From NCBI GenBank assembly GCA_963823035.1, contig CAWGKG010000013.1, positions 11,498 through 75,497 of the forward strand: 64,000 nucleotides of DNA. The letters are read 5' to 3'. The DNA comes from an uncultured Gemmatimonadales bacterium (lineage in GTDB: Bacteria; Gemmatimonadota; Gemmatimonadetes; Longimicrobiales; Gaopeijiaceae). A model generated the notes under the pieces. The model was not told where the DNA came from, did not search any database, and saw nothing but the letters and a program-made list of their open reading frames with translations. Shown one piece after another: positions 20,118-29,822 of this stretch (the stretch's first letter is position 1; every line of letters starts with the position of its first letter). The translations under genes and the position numbers were made by a program.

Positions 20118-20611
20118 CTCTCCTCGACCTTCGAGGCTCCCATGCTGTTGAAATAGACGCTGAATACCGTCGCCCCGAAGGCGAAACGCGCCTCCCCGAG
20201 CGAGCCCAGGCCGACGATGCCGGAAAGGTCCAGGATGCCCCGCGGTCCGACCGCCACGGTATCCCCGGCCATGCGCAGGTCGATGCCGCTGAGCGCGATA
20301 TCCGCATTCGCGCCGAAGCGTCGTCTCACGAGCTCCCTCCCCGAGTTCTGCATCACGACCTGGTACCACCGGTTGCTCTCGTCGAAGCGCACCACGACCG
20401 TCTCTCGCGATCGCAGTGCAGCCGAGCGCGCGAGCGAAAGGTCCCTGGCGAATATCTGTCCTGCCTGACGGGCGGAAGACGCCCGAAAGTAGTCGCCGAA
20501 CGTCAATCCGGCGAAGCCGAGCATCACCGCCGCCAGCACGAGGACGATCGTGACCTCCAGGAGCGTGAAGCCCCGTGGCCCCAGGCCGTCCGGATCGTTT
20601 CCGGCGTACAG
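20114..20611 (-). CDS. FimT/GspH-like prepilin (probable CTG start)
   Basis: PRG|FTLLEVTIVLVLAAVM...ARDLSLARSAALRSRETVVVRF; GGAG-6nt-CTG; upstream in-frame TAG at 20630-20632. Confidence 0.82.
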   Translation of the reverse strand: MYAGNDPDGLGPRGFTLLEVTIVLVLAAVMLGFAGLTFGDYFRASSARQAGQIFARDLSLARSAALRSRETVVVRFDESNRWYQVVMQNSGRELVRRRFGANADIALSGIDLRMAGDTVAVGPRGILDLSGIVGLGSLGEARFAFGATVFSVYFNSMGASKVEER

Positions 20612-20816
20612 TTCGGTCTCCCTCTCTTTCTACCGTGCCCGCCTCCGGGTCTCTCGGGCGGGATACCTGATGGTCCAAAGATCCTTTCGCGGGGCCTGTC
20701 TCACAACAGTCGCGGGGGCCGCGTCGATATGGATGTCCCGGTATCCATGGATTGGCGGGCCCTCTATCTTTGTGTCGAACTTGCCCATCCGACGCTGCGA
20801 CAGGTAGGAGGAGCCG

Positions 20817-22382
20817 ATGATCGTGCGTTCCCGACCCGGGATGCTGGCCGCGCTGGTGATGGCCTCGATCCCGACCGTGGCGGTGGCCCAGCAGGTCGCC
20901 GTCGAGGACCCCGTGGTCGCCCATATCTGGGCCGAGGGCATGGAGCATTCGCAAGCGGAGCGCCTGGCGCAGACGTTCCTCGACTCGCTCGGACCGCGTC
21001 TGACCGGCTCCCCGGAGTCGCTCGCGGCCTCGGACTGGATGATCCGGACGTATCGGTCGTGGGGCATCGAGGCGAGGCGCGAGGAATACGGCACCTGGGA
21101 AGGCTGGCGCCGGGGCGTCACGCACGTGGATCTCGTCGAGCCGAGGGTGCGCACGCTCGAAGCCACCATGCTCGCCTGGAGCCCGGGCACGGACGGATCG
21201 GTGCGCGGCCCCGTCGTGCTCCTCCCCGAGGTGAGGAGCGCGGCGGACTTCGAAGCGTTCGCCGCCACGGCGAAGGGCCGATTCGTGCTCCTCTCCGCGC
21301 CACAGCCCACCTGCAGACCCGACGCGAACTGGGAGGAGTACGGCACGCCCGAGTCCTTCCAGGCGATGAAGGACGCGCGCGCGGCCGCCGCCCAGGGATG
21401 GGCCGATCGTCTGAGCGCGACCGGCCTGCCCACGGCCAACGACGTGGCGCGGCGACTCGAGGACGCCGGCGCGGCGGGCATCTTCACCTCGCGTTGGTCC
21501 GCGGGGTGGGGGGTCCAGAAGATCTTCTCCGCGGCCACGGAGAAAGTGCCCACCATCGACGTGAGCTGCGAGGACTACGGCCTGCTCGCGCGCCTGGCCG
21601 GAAACGGCCAGGGGCCGGTGGTCGAGGTGCGGGCCGAGGCCGAGAGCCTCGGTGAAGTGCCCACCTGGAACACGATCGGCACTCTTCCGGGGCGCGACCT
21701 GCCGAACGAGTACGTGATCCTCTCCGCGCACTTCGATTCGTGGGACGGAGGCTCCGGCGCCACCGACAACGGTACGGGGACCATCACCATGATGGAGGCG
21801 ATGCGCATCCTGAAAGCCGCGTATCCCAACCCGAGGCGCACGATCCTGGTAGGCCACTGGAACAGCGAGGAGCAAGGGCTGAACGGGTCGCGGGCCTTCG
21901 TGGCGGATCATCCCGACATCATCGAGAACGCCCAGGCCGTCTTCAACCAGGACAACGGCACCGGGCGCGTCACGAACATCTCCATGCAGGGGTTCACCGG
22001 CGTGGCGCCGTACTTCGCCGAGTGGTTCGCCAAGGTGCCCCAGGAGATCACGCAGTACATCGAACTGCGCATCCCCGGCACGCCGGGGGGCGGGGGCAGC
22101 GACTACGCCTCGTTCGTGTGCGCGGACGTTCCGGCCTTCGGCCTCAGCTCGCTGAGCTGGGACTACGGCACGTACACATGGCACACGAATCGCGACACCT
22201 TCGACAAGGTCGTCATGGACGATCTGAAGAACAACGCGACCCTGACGGCGGCGCTCGCCTACCTCGCGTCCGAGGATCCCGAACGGCTCCCACGTGACAA
22301 GGCCATCCTGCCGATGAACCCCCGCACCGGACAGCGGATGACGTGGCCCGTGTGCCGCGACGGCGCCCGGAGTCGCAACTGA
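20817..22382 (+). CDS. M28-family metallopeptidase (carboxypeptidase Q-like), secreted
   Basis: GPRLTGS, SAHFDSWD, GATDNGTG, EEQGLNGS, GGSDYASF, WHTNRDT. Confidence 0.92.
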   Translation: MIVRSRPGMLAALVMASIPTVAVAQQVAVEDPVVAHIWAEGMEHSQAERLAQTFLDSLGPRLTGSPESLAASDWMIRTYRSWGIEARREEYGTWEGWRRGVTHVDLVEPRVRTLEATMLAWSPGTDGSVRGPVVLLPEVRSAADFEAFAATAKGRFVLLSAPQPTCRPDANWEEYGTPESFQAMKDARAAAAQGWADRLSATGLPTANDVARRLEDAGAAGIFTSRWSAGWGVQKIFSAATEKVPTIDVSCEDYGLLARLAGNGQGPVVEVRAEAESLGEVPTWNTIGTLPGRDLPNEYVILSAHFDSWDGGSGATDNGTGTITMMEAMRILKAAYPNPRRTILVGHWNSEEQGLNGSRAFVADHPDIIENAQAVFNQDNGTGRVTNISMQGFTGVAPYFAEWFAKVPQEITQYIELRIPGTPGGGGSDYASFVCADVPAFGLSSLSWDYGTYTWHTNRDTFDKVVMDDLKNNATLTAALAYLASEDPERLPRDKAILPMNPRTGQRMTWPVCRDGARSRN

Positions 22383-22951
22383 TCCGCTGGCTCGCGCTCC
22401 CTCTGCTGCTGGCGCTCGCGCGACCCCAGCTCGCCGCGGGCCAGCGGGAGACGGACGCCAGGGCAGGTGTGGAGGCCGGGCTCAAGCTGGGTAGCGTCCA
22501 GGGCGACGCGACCGTGTTCGCGGGAGGCGTGGGCCTGATCGACCTCGGTGGTCGTGTGGCGTTCGGCGGGGGGGGATGGCTGGCCCTGGGCGCGGTGCGC
22601 ATCGCCACCGGCCGGCCGGACACGGACAAGAACCTGCACCTCGCCTACGCCGGCGTGGTGGCGGAAACCGAGATCCGACGCGGCCCCGACTGGGACGTGC
22701 GCGCACGCGCCCTCATCGGCGCGGGCAACGCGAGAGTCTCCGATCGCCTCATCGGCATACAACTCGGCGCCGACAACTTCGGCATCGTCGAGCCCGAGAT
22801 CGCGGGGTCCTGGCACCTCGGAGGCGTCGCCTGGCTGACGGGCGGGCTCGGCTATCGATTCACGTTCGGCGTCGAGGACCTGCCGGCCATTTCGGGCGAC
22901 ACCTTTCGCGGCGTGTCGCTGAGGGTCGGGATCACCCTTCGCTCCTTCTGA
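22343..22951 (+). CDS. Small outer-membrane beta-barrel protein (hypothetical)
   Basis: Signal-like N-terminus, alternating beta-strand pattern, GLGYRF, C-terminal Phe. Confidence 0.65.
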   Translation: MARVPRRRPESQLIRWLALPLLLALARPQLAAGQRETDARAGVEAGLKLGSVQGDATVFAGGVGLIDLGGRVAFGGGGWLALGAVRIATGRPDTDKNLHLAYAGVVAETEIRRGPDWDVRARALIGAGNARVSDRLIGIQLGADNFGIVEPEIAGSWHLGGVAWLTGGLGYRFTFGVEDLPAISGDTFRGVSLRVGITLRSF

Positions 22952-23113
22952 TCGCGGCAAGGGGAAGACCCCGCCCCGACTTTACCGATAGAGCGCGCGA
23001 CTGTCGTGCGACAAATATCCTTCAATCACTTGACAATATCGCGGCTCGGTGCGATTTCCTTCTATCCCTTAACATAGTGCATGAGCCCCCACGCGCACAC
23101 GGAGCATCCAACT

Positions 23114-23530
23114 GTGGCGAACGTCGAAGACAAGGTCATGACGGCAGTCGAGGCCGCGCTCAAGAAGAACCCCCAAGCATCCGTGGACGAGCTGTACGCC
23201 ATGGCGAAGGGAATCAACTCGGGTATCGGCAAGCTGTCCAAGCGCCAGTTCCACGCTCGCTATCCTCTCCAGGTGAAGCGTAGGTCTGGACCGGCCAAGG
23301 CGAAGAAGGCGGGTCGCAAGAAGGCCGCCACCAGGCGTGCCCGACCCAAGGCCGCTCCGGCCGCTCCGGCCGCCGCCAGCGGATCGGCGCGCGACTCCGT
23401 GCGCGGCATCCTCCTCCGCTTCGCCTCCGACCTCGCCGGGGCCGAAGCGCGCAAGGACGTCGTGAAGGTCGTGGCGGGTGTGGACCGCTACGTGGCCGAG
23501 GTCATCAAGGCGACGGGGGCGGCCAAGTAG
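23114..23530 (+). CDS. Small basic Lys/Arg/Ala-rich protein, putative nucleoid-associated protein
   Basis: GGAG SD before GTG; central KAKKAGRKKAATRRARPKAAPAAPAAAS; AT-rich upstream region with TTGACA at 23030. Confidence 0.75.
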   Translation: MANVEDKVMTAVEAALKKNPQASVDELYAMAKGINSGIGKLSKRQFHARYPLQVKRRSGPAKAKKAGRKKAATRRARPKAAPAAPAAASGSARDSVRGILLRFASDLAGAEARKDVVKVVAGVDRYVAEVIKATGAAK

Positions 23531-26500
23531 GCCGCGGCTGAACAGCCGCCGCGGCGGCGCGCTCCCCAAAGGCCGCCAACTCGCGCACGGCCACCGCCGC
23601 GCCCGCGAGTCCTACGCCGTCCTCCGAGCGCAGCTCCGAGGCGACGCCTTTGTAGCGCTCCATGTCCCGATCACCGGAACCGAGGAGCGCGGACGCCGCG
23701 GCATCGATACCGTCGCTTCCGGCACGCGTGAGCAACGCCATGGTGAGCTTCCTGTGCGCGCGCGACAGGTCGTCCGCCAGCGCCTGAGCCGCGCGTTGCT
23801 CCCACTGTCCACCGCCCGCGGAGGCGAACGAAGTGCGTCGTAGCCAAGGGATCTCGAGCGCTTCTGAGACGGCGTAGTACGCCTTCCCCGTCGCCGTCGG
23901 CCGGGAGCCGGTCGCGCGGGCGATCTGGAGGATCTCGAGGAGTTGGTCGAGGAAGCGCAGCGTGATGAGGTTGCGCGAGAAGTCGTCGTCTGCGCCCAGC
24001 GCGCGGATCTCGCGGACACGCTCGTCGTACAGCCCGCGTTCCTCGCCCGCTACGATGGCGTCGAAGTCGTGGCGCAGCTGCGCGAGCCCGCCGAGGTTCT
24101 CGTCCACGACGCGGGCCGGCGACTGGCCGGGATCCACGTTCTGCAACACCCAACGTGTCGTGCGCTCGAGCACGCGGCCGAGACCCAGAAGCCATCGGTA
24201 CGCGACGCGCACGTCCAGCGCGCTCTGCTGGCGTGCCATCTCGTGCAGCAGGGCCCGGTGCTCGGCCAGGCGCGCCGCTACCAGCCACGCGCGCACGACC
24301 TCCTCCGCGGAGCGCCCCGTGTCGCGTGACACGCGGTTCACGAACGTGGCTCCCATCAGGTCCACGAGGTCGTTCGTGACCTGCCCGGCGATGATCTCCC
24401 TGCGCAGGCGATGCCCTTCGAGCGCATCGGCTGCAGCTCGGATCGCCTCGCCCGGGAAATATCCCAGCAGGTAGCTCTCGGTGATCGGGTCGTCCGGCAG
24501 CGGGCCGCGCAGCAGATTGGTCTTGAGCGAGAGCTTCGCGTAGGCGAGCAGGACGCACAGCTCCGGCCGCACCAACTGCGTGGCGCCGCTCTCCGCGCGC
24601 TCCACCAGAACGTCGGTGGACGGCAGCCCCTCGGCCGCCCGGTTCAGCTCGCCCGCCTTCTCGAGCGACATCATGAGCTCGCGAAAGCCGTCCACGGACT
24701 CCTTCGCCCTCATCTCGTCCAGCGAAATCGCGAGGCTCTGCGACCGGTTGTCCTCGAGCACCAGACGCGCCACGTCCTCGGTGAGCCTCTCGAGGAGCGC
24801 GTTCCGCGCGGCCTCGTCCATTCCGCCCGTGGCGACCAGCTGGGCGAGGAGGATCTTGAGGTTCACCTCGTGGTCGGACATGTCCACGCCGCCGGAGTTG
24901 TCCATCGCGTCGGTGTTGACCTTGCCGCCACGCAGGTCGAACTCGATGCGCGCACGCTGCGTGAACCCGAGATTGCCGCCCTCGCCCACCGCCTCGCAGC
25001 GCAGCTCGTCCACATTGATGCGCACCGCGTCGTTCGACGAATCCCCGGCGTCGGCGTGTGTCTCCGCGGCCGACTTCACGTACGTACCGATCCCCCCGTT
25101 CCAGAGCAACTCCACCGGCGCGCTCAGCACGGCGCGGATGAGCGTCTCCCCGTCCACCACCTCGGGGAAGTGCTCGGGCACCCCCAGGGCCCTCCGGGCC
25201 TCCGGGGTGAGCTCCACCTCCTTCGCTCCCCGCGGCACGATCATCCCGCCCGCGCTCAGGAGGCTCTGGTCGTAGTCGGACCAGCTCGAGCGGCCCAGCG
25301 CGAAGACGCGCTCACGCTCGGCGAAGGTGGGCGCGGGCTCCGGATCGGGATCGATGAAGACATGCCGGTGGTCGAAGGCGGCGATGAGGCGGATCTGCCG
25401 CGACAGGAGCATCCCGTTCCCGAAGACGTCACCGCTCATGTCGCCGATGCCGACGACGGTGAACGGCTCCTCCTGGATGTCCTTCCCCTTCTCGCGGAAG
25501 TGCCGCTTCACGCACTCCCACGCGCCGCGCGCCGTGATGCCCACGGCCTTGTGGTCGTATCCGTTGGAGCCGCCGGACGCGAAGGCGTCCCCGAGCCAGA
25601 AGCCGTACTCGGCGGACACCGCGTTGGCCAGATCCGAGAAGGTGGCCGTGCCCTTGTCGGCCGCGACGACCAGATAGGGATCGGGCGCGTCGAAGCACAC
25701 CACGTCGGGCGGCGGGATGGTGCCCCCCGCGGGATCGAGGTTGTCGGTCAGGTCCAGGAGCCCACGCGCGAGCGTGCGGTACTGGTCCTTCCCCTCCTCG
25801 ATGCGGGCCTCCGGGTCGGCGAGTTGCCTTCGGGTCACGAACCCGCCCTTCGAGCCGCCCGGGACGATCACGGCGTTCTTCACCACCTGCGTCTTCACGA
25901 GACCCAGGATCTCGGTACGGAAGTCGTCCGGCCGGTCGCTCCAGCGGATGCCGCCGCGCGCCACCCGTGCGCCGCGCAGGTGCACGCCTTCCATGCGCGA
26001 GGAGTGCACCCACACCTCGTAGAGGAGGCGCGTCTGCTGGAGGAACTCGATGTCGCGGCACGAGAACTTGAACGAGATGAAGGGCACGCCGCCCGATCGG
26101 AACGTCGGCGTGCATCCGCCGCGCCGGTAGAAGTTCGTGCGCAGCGTGCCGCCGATGAGCGCCTCGAGGCGCCGCAGGGCCCGATCGTCCGCGAGCGCGG
26201 TCACGCCCCGGAGCGATCCGTGGAAGGCCGCGCGGATGTCGTCCGCGATCGCCGCCCGCTCCTCGAGCGAGCTGCCCGCTCCGGGATCGAAACGCGTCTG
26301 GAACAGCTCGAAGAGCTCGCGGGCGATCCCCGGGTACCTCACCAGGGCCGAGGGAAGCGCCATGCGGCTGGGTACCGCGCCGGCCTGGAAGGCGTACCCG
26401 GCGTAGGCGCGCAGCACGTCCACCTCACGCCAGTGCAGCCCCGCGCCCAGCACGAGCCGGTTGAGCGTGTCGCTGAGCGCGTCGCCGCCCCGGACCGCGA

Positions 26501-28461
26501 GGATGGTCTCGGCCAGGAGGGCGCCACGCGCGTCGATGTCCAGGGGGCGCCTGTCGGCGTCCTGAACGGCGAAGGCGTAGATGGTCGCGCCCGCCGGGCC
26601 CCCGCCGCGTACGTCGAACGGCGCGACGGCGATCACGCGCAGCCCCGCGTTCTCGAGGATGGGCAGGAAGTCCGAGAGGATGAGGCGCTCGCCGCGCAGG
26701 TACACCTTCAGCTCGGTGACCGCCTCCACGCCGGGGGCGGCGACGGCGAAGCCACGGTTGGCGAAGCCGATCGAGATGGTCTGGTCCTCCGCCTCCATCC
26801 CCTCCAGCTCGAGGAGGTCCGTGACCGCGATGTCCGGATCGGTGGCGGCCTGGTACTCGGGGCCGAAGCCCTCGCCGTAGAGGCGCGCCAGACGGCGGGC
26901 CTCGTCGGCCGGGCGCACCCGCTCGAGCCCCTCGCGCACGCGGTCCGCCCACGAGCGGATGATGCGCTCCACGAGCTGCTCGACCTCGGCCGCGTGCACC
27001 TCGCGCAGGCGGTCCGGTCGGGTGGCCAGATAGAAGTGGAGGCGCGCCTGGTCGCCTTCGCCGAGCGCGAGGTGGTAGTTCAGGATCTCCCCGTCCAGCA
27101 CGCGGACGAGCGCGGACTCGAGCGCCTTGCGGGCCTCCCCCGAGAACTTGTCCTTGGGGAGGATCACCATGACGGACGCGCCGCGTTGCAGCGGGTCCTC
27201 GCGTAGCGTGACGCGCACGCCCGCCGTGTTGTAGGACGTGAGCACCGTGCGGATGTCGGCGCCCGCCTCTCCCGCCGAGACGAGGAAGAGCTCCTCTTTC
27301 GGGAGGGAGTTGAAGATCGTGATGATCTCCTTGTAGTCGTGGGATCCCTCGCGGACGCCCGACTCCTCCAGGATCTGGCGCAGCTTGAGCCGCAGGATCG
27401 GGATGTTCTCCGCGTCCTCCGAGTACGCCTTCGAGGTGAAGAGACCGATGAAGCGATGCTCGCCCGCCACACTTCCGTCCGCGTCGAGCTTCTTCACGCC
27501 GATGTAGTCCATGCGCGCGCGCCGGTGGACGGTCGACTCGGCGTTGGTCTTGCTGATGATCAGGAGCGGTCCCTGCTCGATCAGGGAGCGTTGGCCCTCC
27601 TCGACCTCCGAGAGCGGCACCGGCTGCGCGAAGGTGGAATCCGACTCGTCGCGCAGCACGCCGCGCCCCGAACCCGGCGCGACGACGATGCATCGACCCC
27701 TCCCCTCCCGCTCCACCAGGTCGTAGCCGCGGTAGCCCAGGAAGACGAAGCCGCCGTCCCGCAGCCAGCGCAGGAAGTCCTGGATCTCGTGGACCTCGGT
27801 GCGCCGCTCCTCGAGCGAGCGCCCCGCGCTCCTCCAGCTCCGTCACGACCTCGTTGACGGCCTCGATCATGCGCGGGAAGTCGTCCGTGGCGGCCACCAC
27901 GTCCTCGAGACGATGCTGCAGCGCCTCACGCAGGGCCGTCCGGGCCTCCGCGTCGTTGATCTGCACGACCTCGCAGTGCACCAGCGATTCGCGCGTCTCC
28001 CCCTCGCGCGACGGGCGCACCGCGACGGGTGTCCCGCTCTCGTCGCGCTCGACGTCGAGCACCGGGTAGATGATGTACTCGATCGCGAGCTCCTGCGCGT
28101 GCAGGTGCTCACGGATCGTGTCCACGACGAACGGGCGCTCGGAGATGTTCGTCCGCACCACCGTGACCGGCGCGTACCACCCCTCGACCGCGACGTCGGG
28201 GTTCTGCACCTCCACGTCGACGCGATCGGGGCGCGACCGCTGCAGGAAGCGGAAAGCGCCGAGCGCAAGGTGCGCGAGGGCGTCCGTGCTGCGCTCGTGC
28301 AGGAACTCGGGGGAGGCCTTCGAGAAGAAGATCTCCGCGAACTCGACCACCAGCTTGGCCTCGGTGGGGTCCACCTGGCGCTCGAGCTGGCGGCAGACGG
28401 CGTCCACCGTGGGAGAGTCCCGGCGAAGACGTCGTACGGCGGTTTCGGTGGTATCGCTCAT
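23505..28461 (-). CDS. gdhB: Large NAD-specific glutamate dehydrogenase (frameshifts near 27820 and 27710)
   Basis: ARGGIRWSDRPDDFRTEILGLVKTQVVKNAVIVPGGSKGGF, YLVVAADKGTATFSD, GIGDMSGDVFGNG. Confidence 0.95.
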
Positions 28462-28568
28462 AAGAGAGGTAAGATATCGAATCCTCGTGCGCGGTGAAGC
28501 AGGAATCTCCTGCGGGCGCGCCGGATTCTCGAATTCCCTCGCCCCGCGCCGCCCACTACCTTCGCTCC

Positions 28569-29822
28569 ATGCGTTTCGTGCACCTTGCCGACGTCCACCT
28601 GGACACCTCGTTCGCCGGCCGTTCCGAGTCCGTCCGCCGGCGCCTGCGAGCCGCCTCGCGCGAGGCATTCCGGGGCGCCGTCGACCTGGCCATCCGGGAA
28701 GACGTGCAGGCCGTCCTGGTGGCCGGCGACCTCTTCGATTCCGAGCGGCTCTCCTTCTCGACCGAGCGTTTCCTCCTCGAGCAGGCGCACCGCCTGGGGG
28801 ACCATGGCATCACGTTCGTCTACGCCAGCGGGAACCACGATCCCGGAGCCCCCGAGGTGGGGCCGCGGCCGCTGGCCTGGCCGGCCAACGTCCGGGTCGC
28901 CGCCGACCGCACCCCGCAGCGCATCGCCATCCACGACCACGACGGCCGCACAGTGGGCTACGTCACCGCCGTCGGGCATGCTTCGGCGAGAGAGAAGGAG
29001 GACCTGTCGCGCGGCTTCCCGCGCCCCCGCGGCGAGCTTCCCGAGGTGGCCCTCCTGCACACGCAGGTGCACACGTCCCGGGGGGCGGAGGCGCACCACG
29101 TTTACGCGCCCTCGGAGCTGGCCTTCCTGACCCGCTCCGGGTACGACTACTGGGCGCTGGGCCACGTGCACGTGCGCCAGATGCTCTCGGAGGACCCTCC
29201 GGTCGCCTACGCCGGGAGCCTTCAGGGACGCACGCACGCCGACACCGGTCCGCGCGGGGCCCTCCTGGTGGATCTCGCCGACCGCGCGGCACCCGCCGTG
29301 TCCTTCCGGCCGCTGGCCCCCGTCCGCTGGGAGACGCTGCGCGTCGACGGCCTCCGGGACGCGGACTCCCTCGATCGCCTGGAGCGCCGTGTCGTGGCGG
29401 CGTGGGAGGCAGCCGGCGAGGAGGCGCCCGCCCCACCGGGAACGGAGTGGATGGTGCGCGTGATCCTCCTGGGCCCGTCGCCGCTCTGGCGCGAGCTCCG
29501 CCAGGAGGAGAGCCGGGAGCTGCTGGCGAACGAGCTCCGCGAGCTGATCGGGGTGCTCGAGGTCACGGTGTGGACGGACGGCGTCCACCCACCCGTGCCG
29601 GTGGAGGAGCACCGCCGGCGCCCCGACGTGCTCGGGGAGGCGCTGCGACTCCTCGATGCCGTACGCCGCGGCGAGGAGCGCCTCGACGCGCTCGATCCGG
29701 GCGAGTTGGCGGGCCTCACGTCCGAGGATCCCCGTGCCGTGGAACGCTACGTACGCCACCTCCTCGACGGCGTCGACGGGGAGCTCGCGGCGAGGCTTCT
29801 GGGCTCGGGCGACGCCCCGTGA
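28569..29822 (+). CDS. yhaO: YhaO/SbcD-like DNA repair metallophosphoesterase nuclease
   Basis: HLADVHLD, VAGDLFD, SGNHD, YWALGHVH. Confidence 0.9.
   Translation: MRFVHLADVHLDTSFAGRSESVRRRLRAASREAFRGAVDLAIREDVQAVLVAGDLFDSERLSFSTERFLLEQAHRLGDHGITFVYASGNHDPGAPEVGPRPLAWPANVRVAADRTPQRIAIHDHDGRTVGYVTAVGHASAREKEDLSRGFPRPRGELPEVALLHTQVHTSRGAEAHHVYAPSELAFLTRSGYDYWALGHVHVRQMLSEDPPVAYAGSLQGRTHADTGPRGALLVDLADRAAPAVSFRPLAPVRWETLRVDGLRDADSLDRLERRVVAAWEAAGEEAPAPPGTEWMVRVILLGPSPLWRELRQEESRELLANELRELIGVLEVTVWTDGVHPPVPVEEHRRRPDVLGEALRLLDAVRRGEERLDALDPGELAGLTSEDPRAVERYVRHLLDGVDGELAARLLGSGDAP

Noticed and set aside
19722..22184. 820-aa ORF ending in a pilin
   Set aside because: Only the last 131 codons are the PilV-like gene; the rest is antisense to the M28 peptidase or out of frame over the FimT-like gene
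24411..27206. 931-aa antisense ORF on gdh and similar long shadow ORFs (285-2522, 30447-32627, 46892-49087)
   Set aside because: Expected stop-codon scarcity opposite high-GC genes; no recognisable motifs
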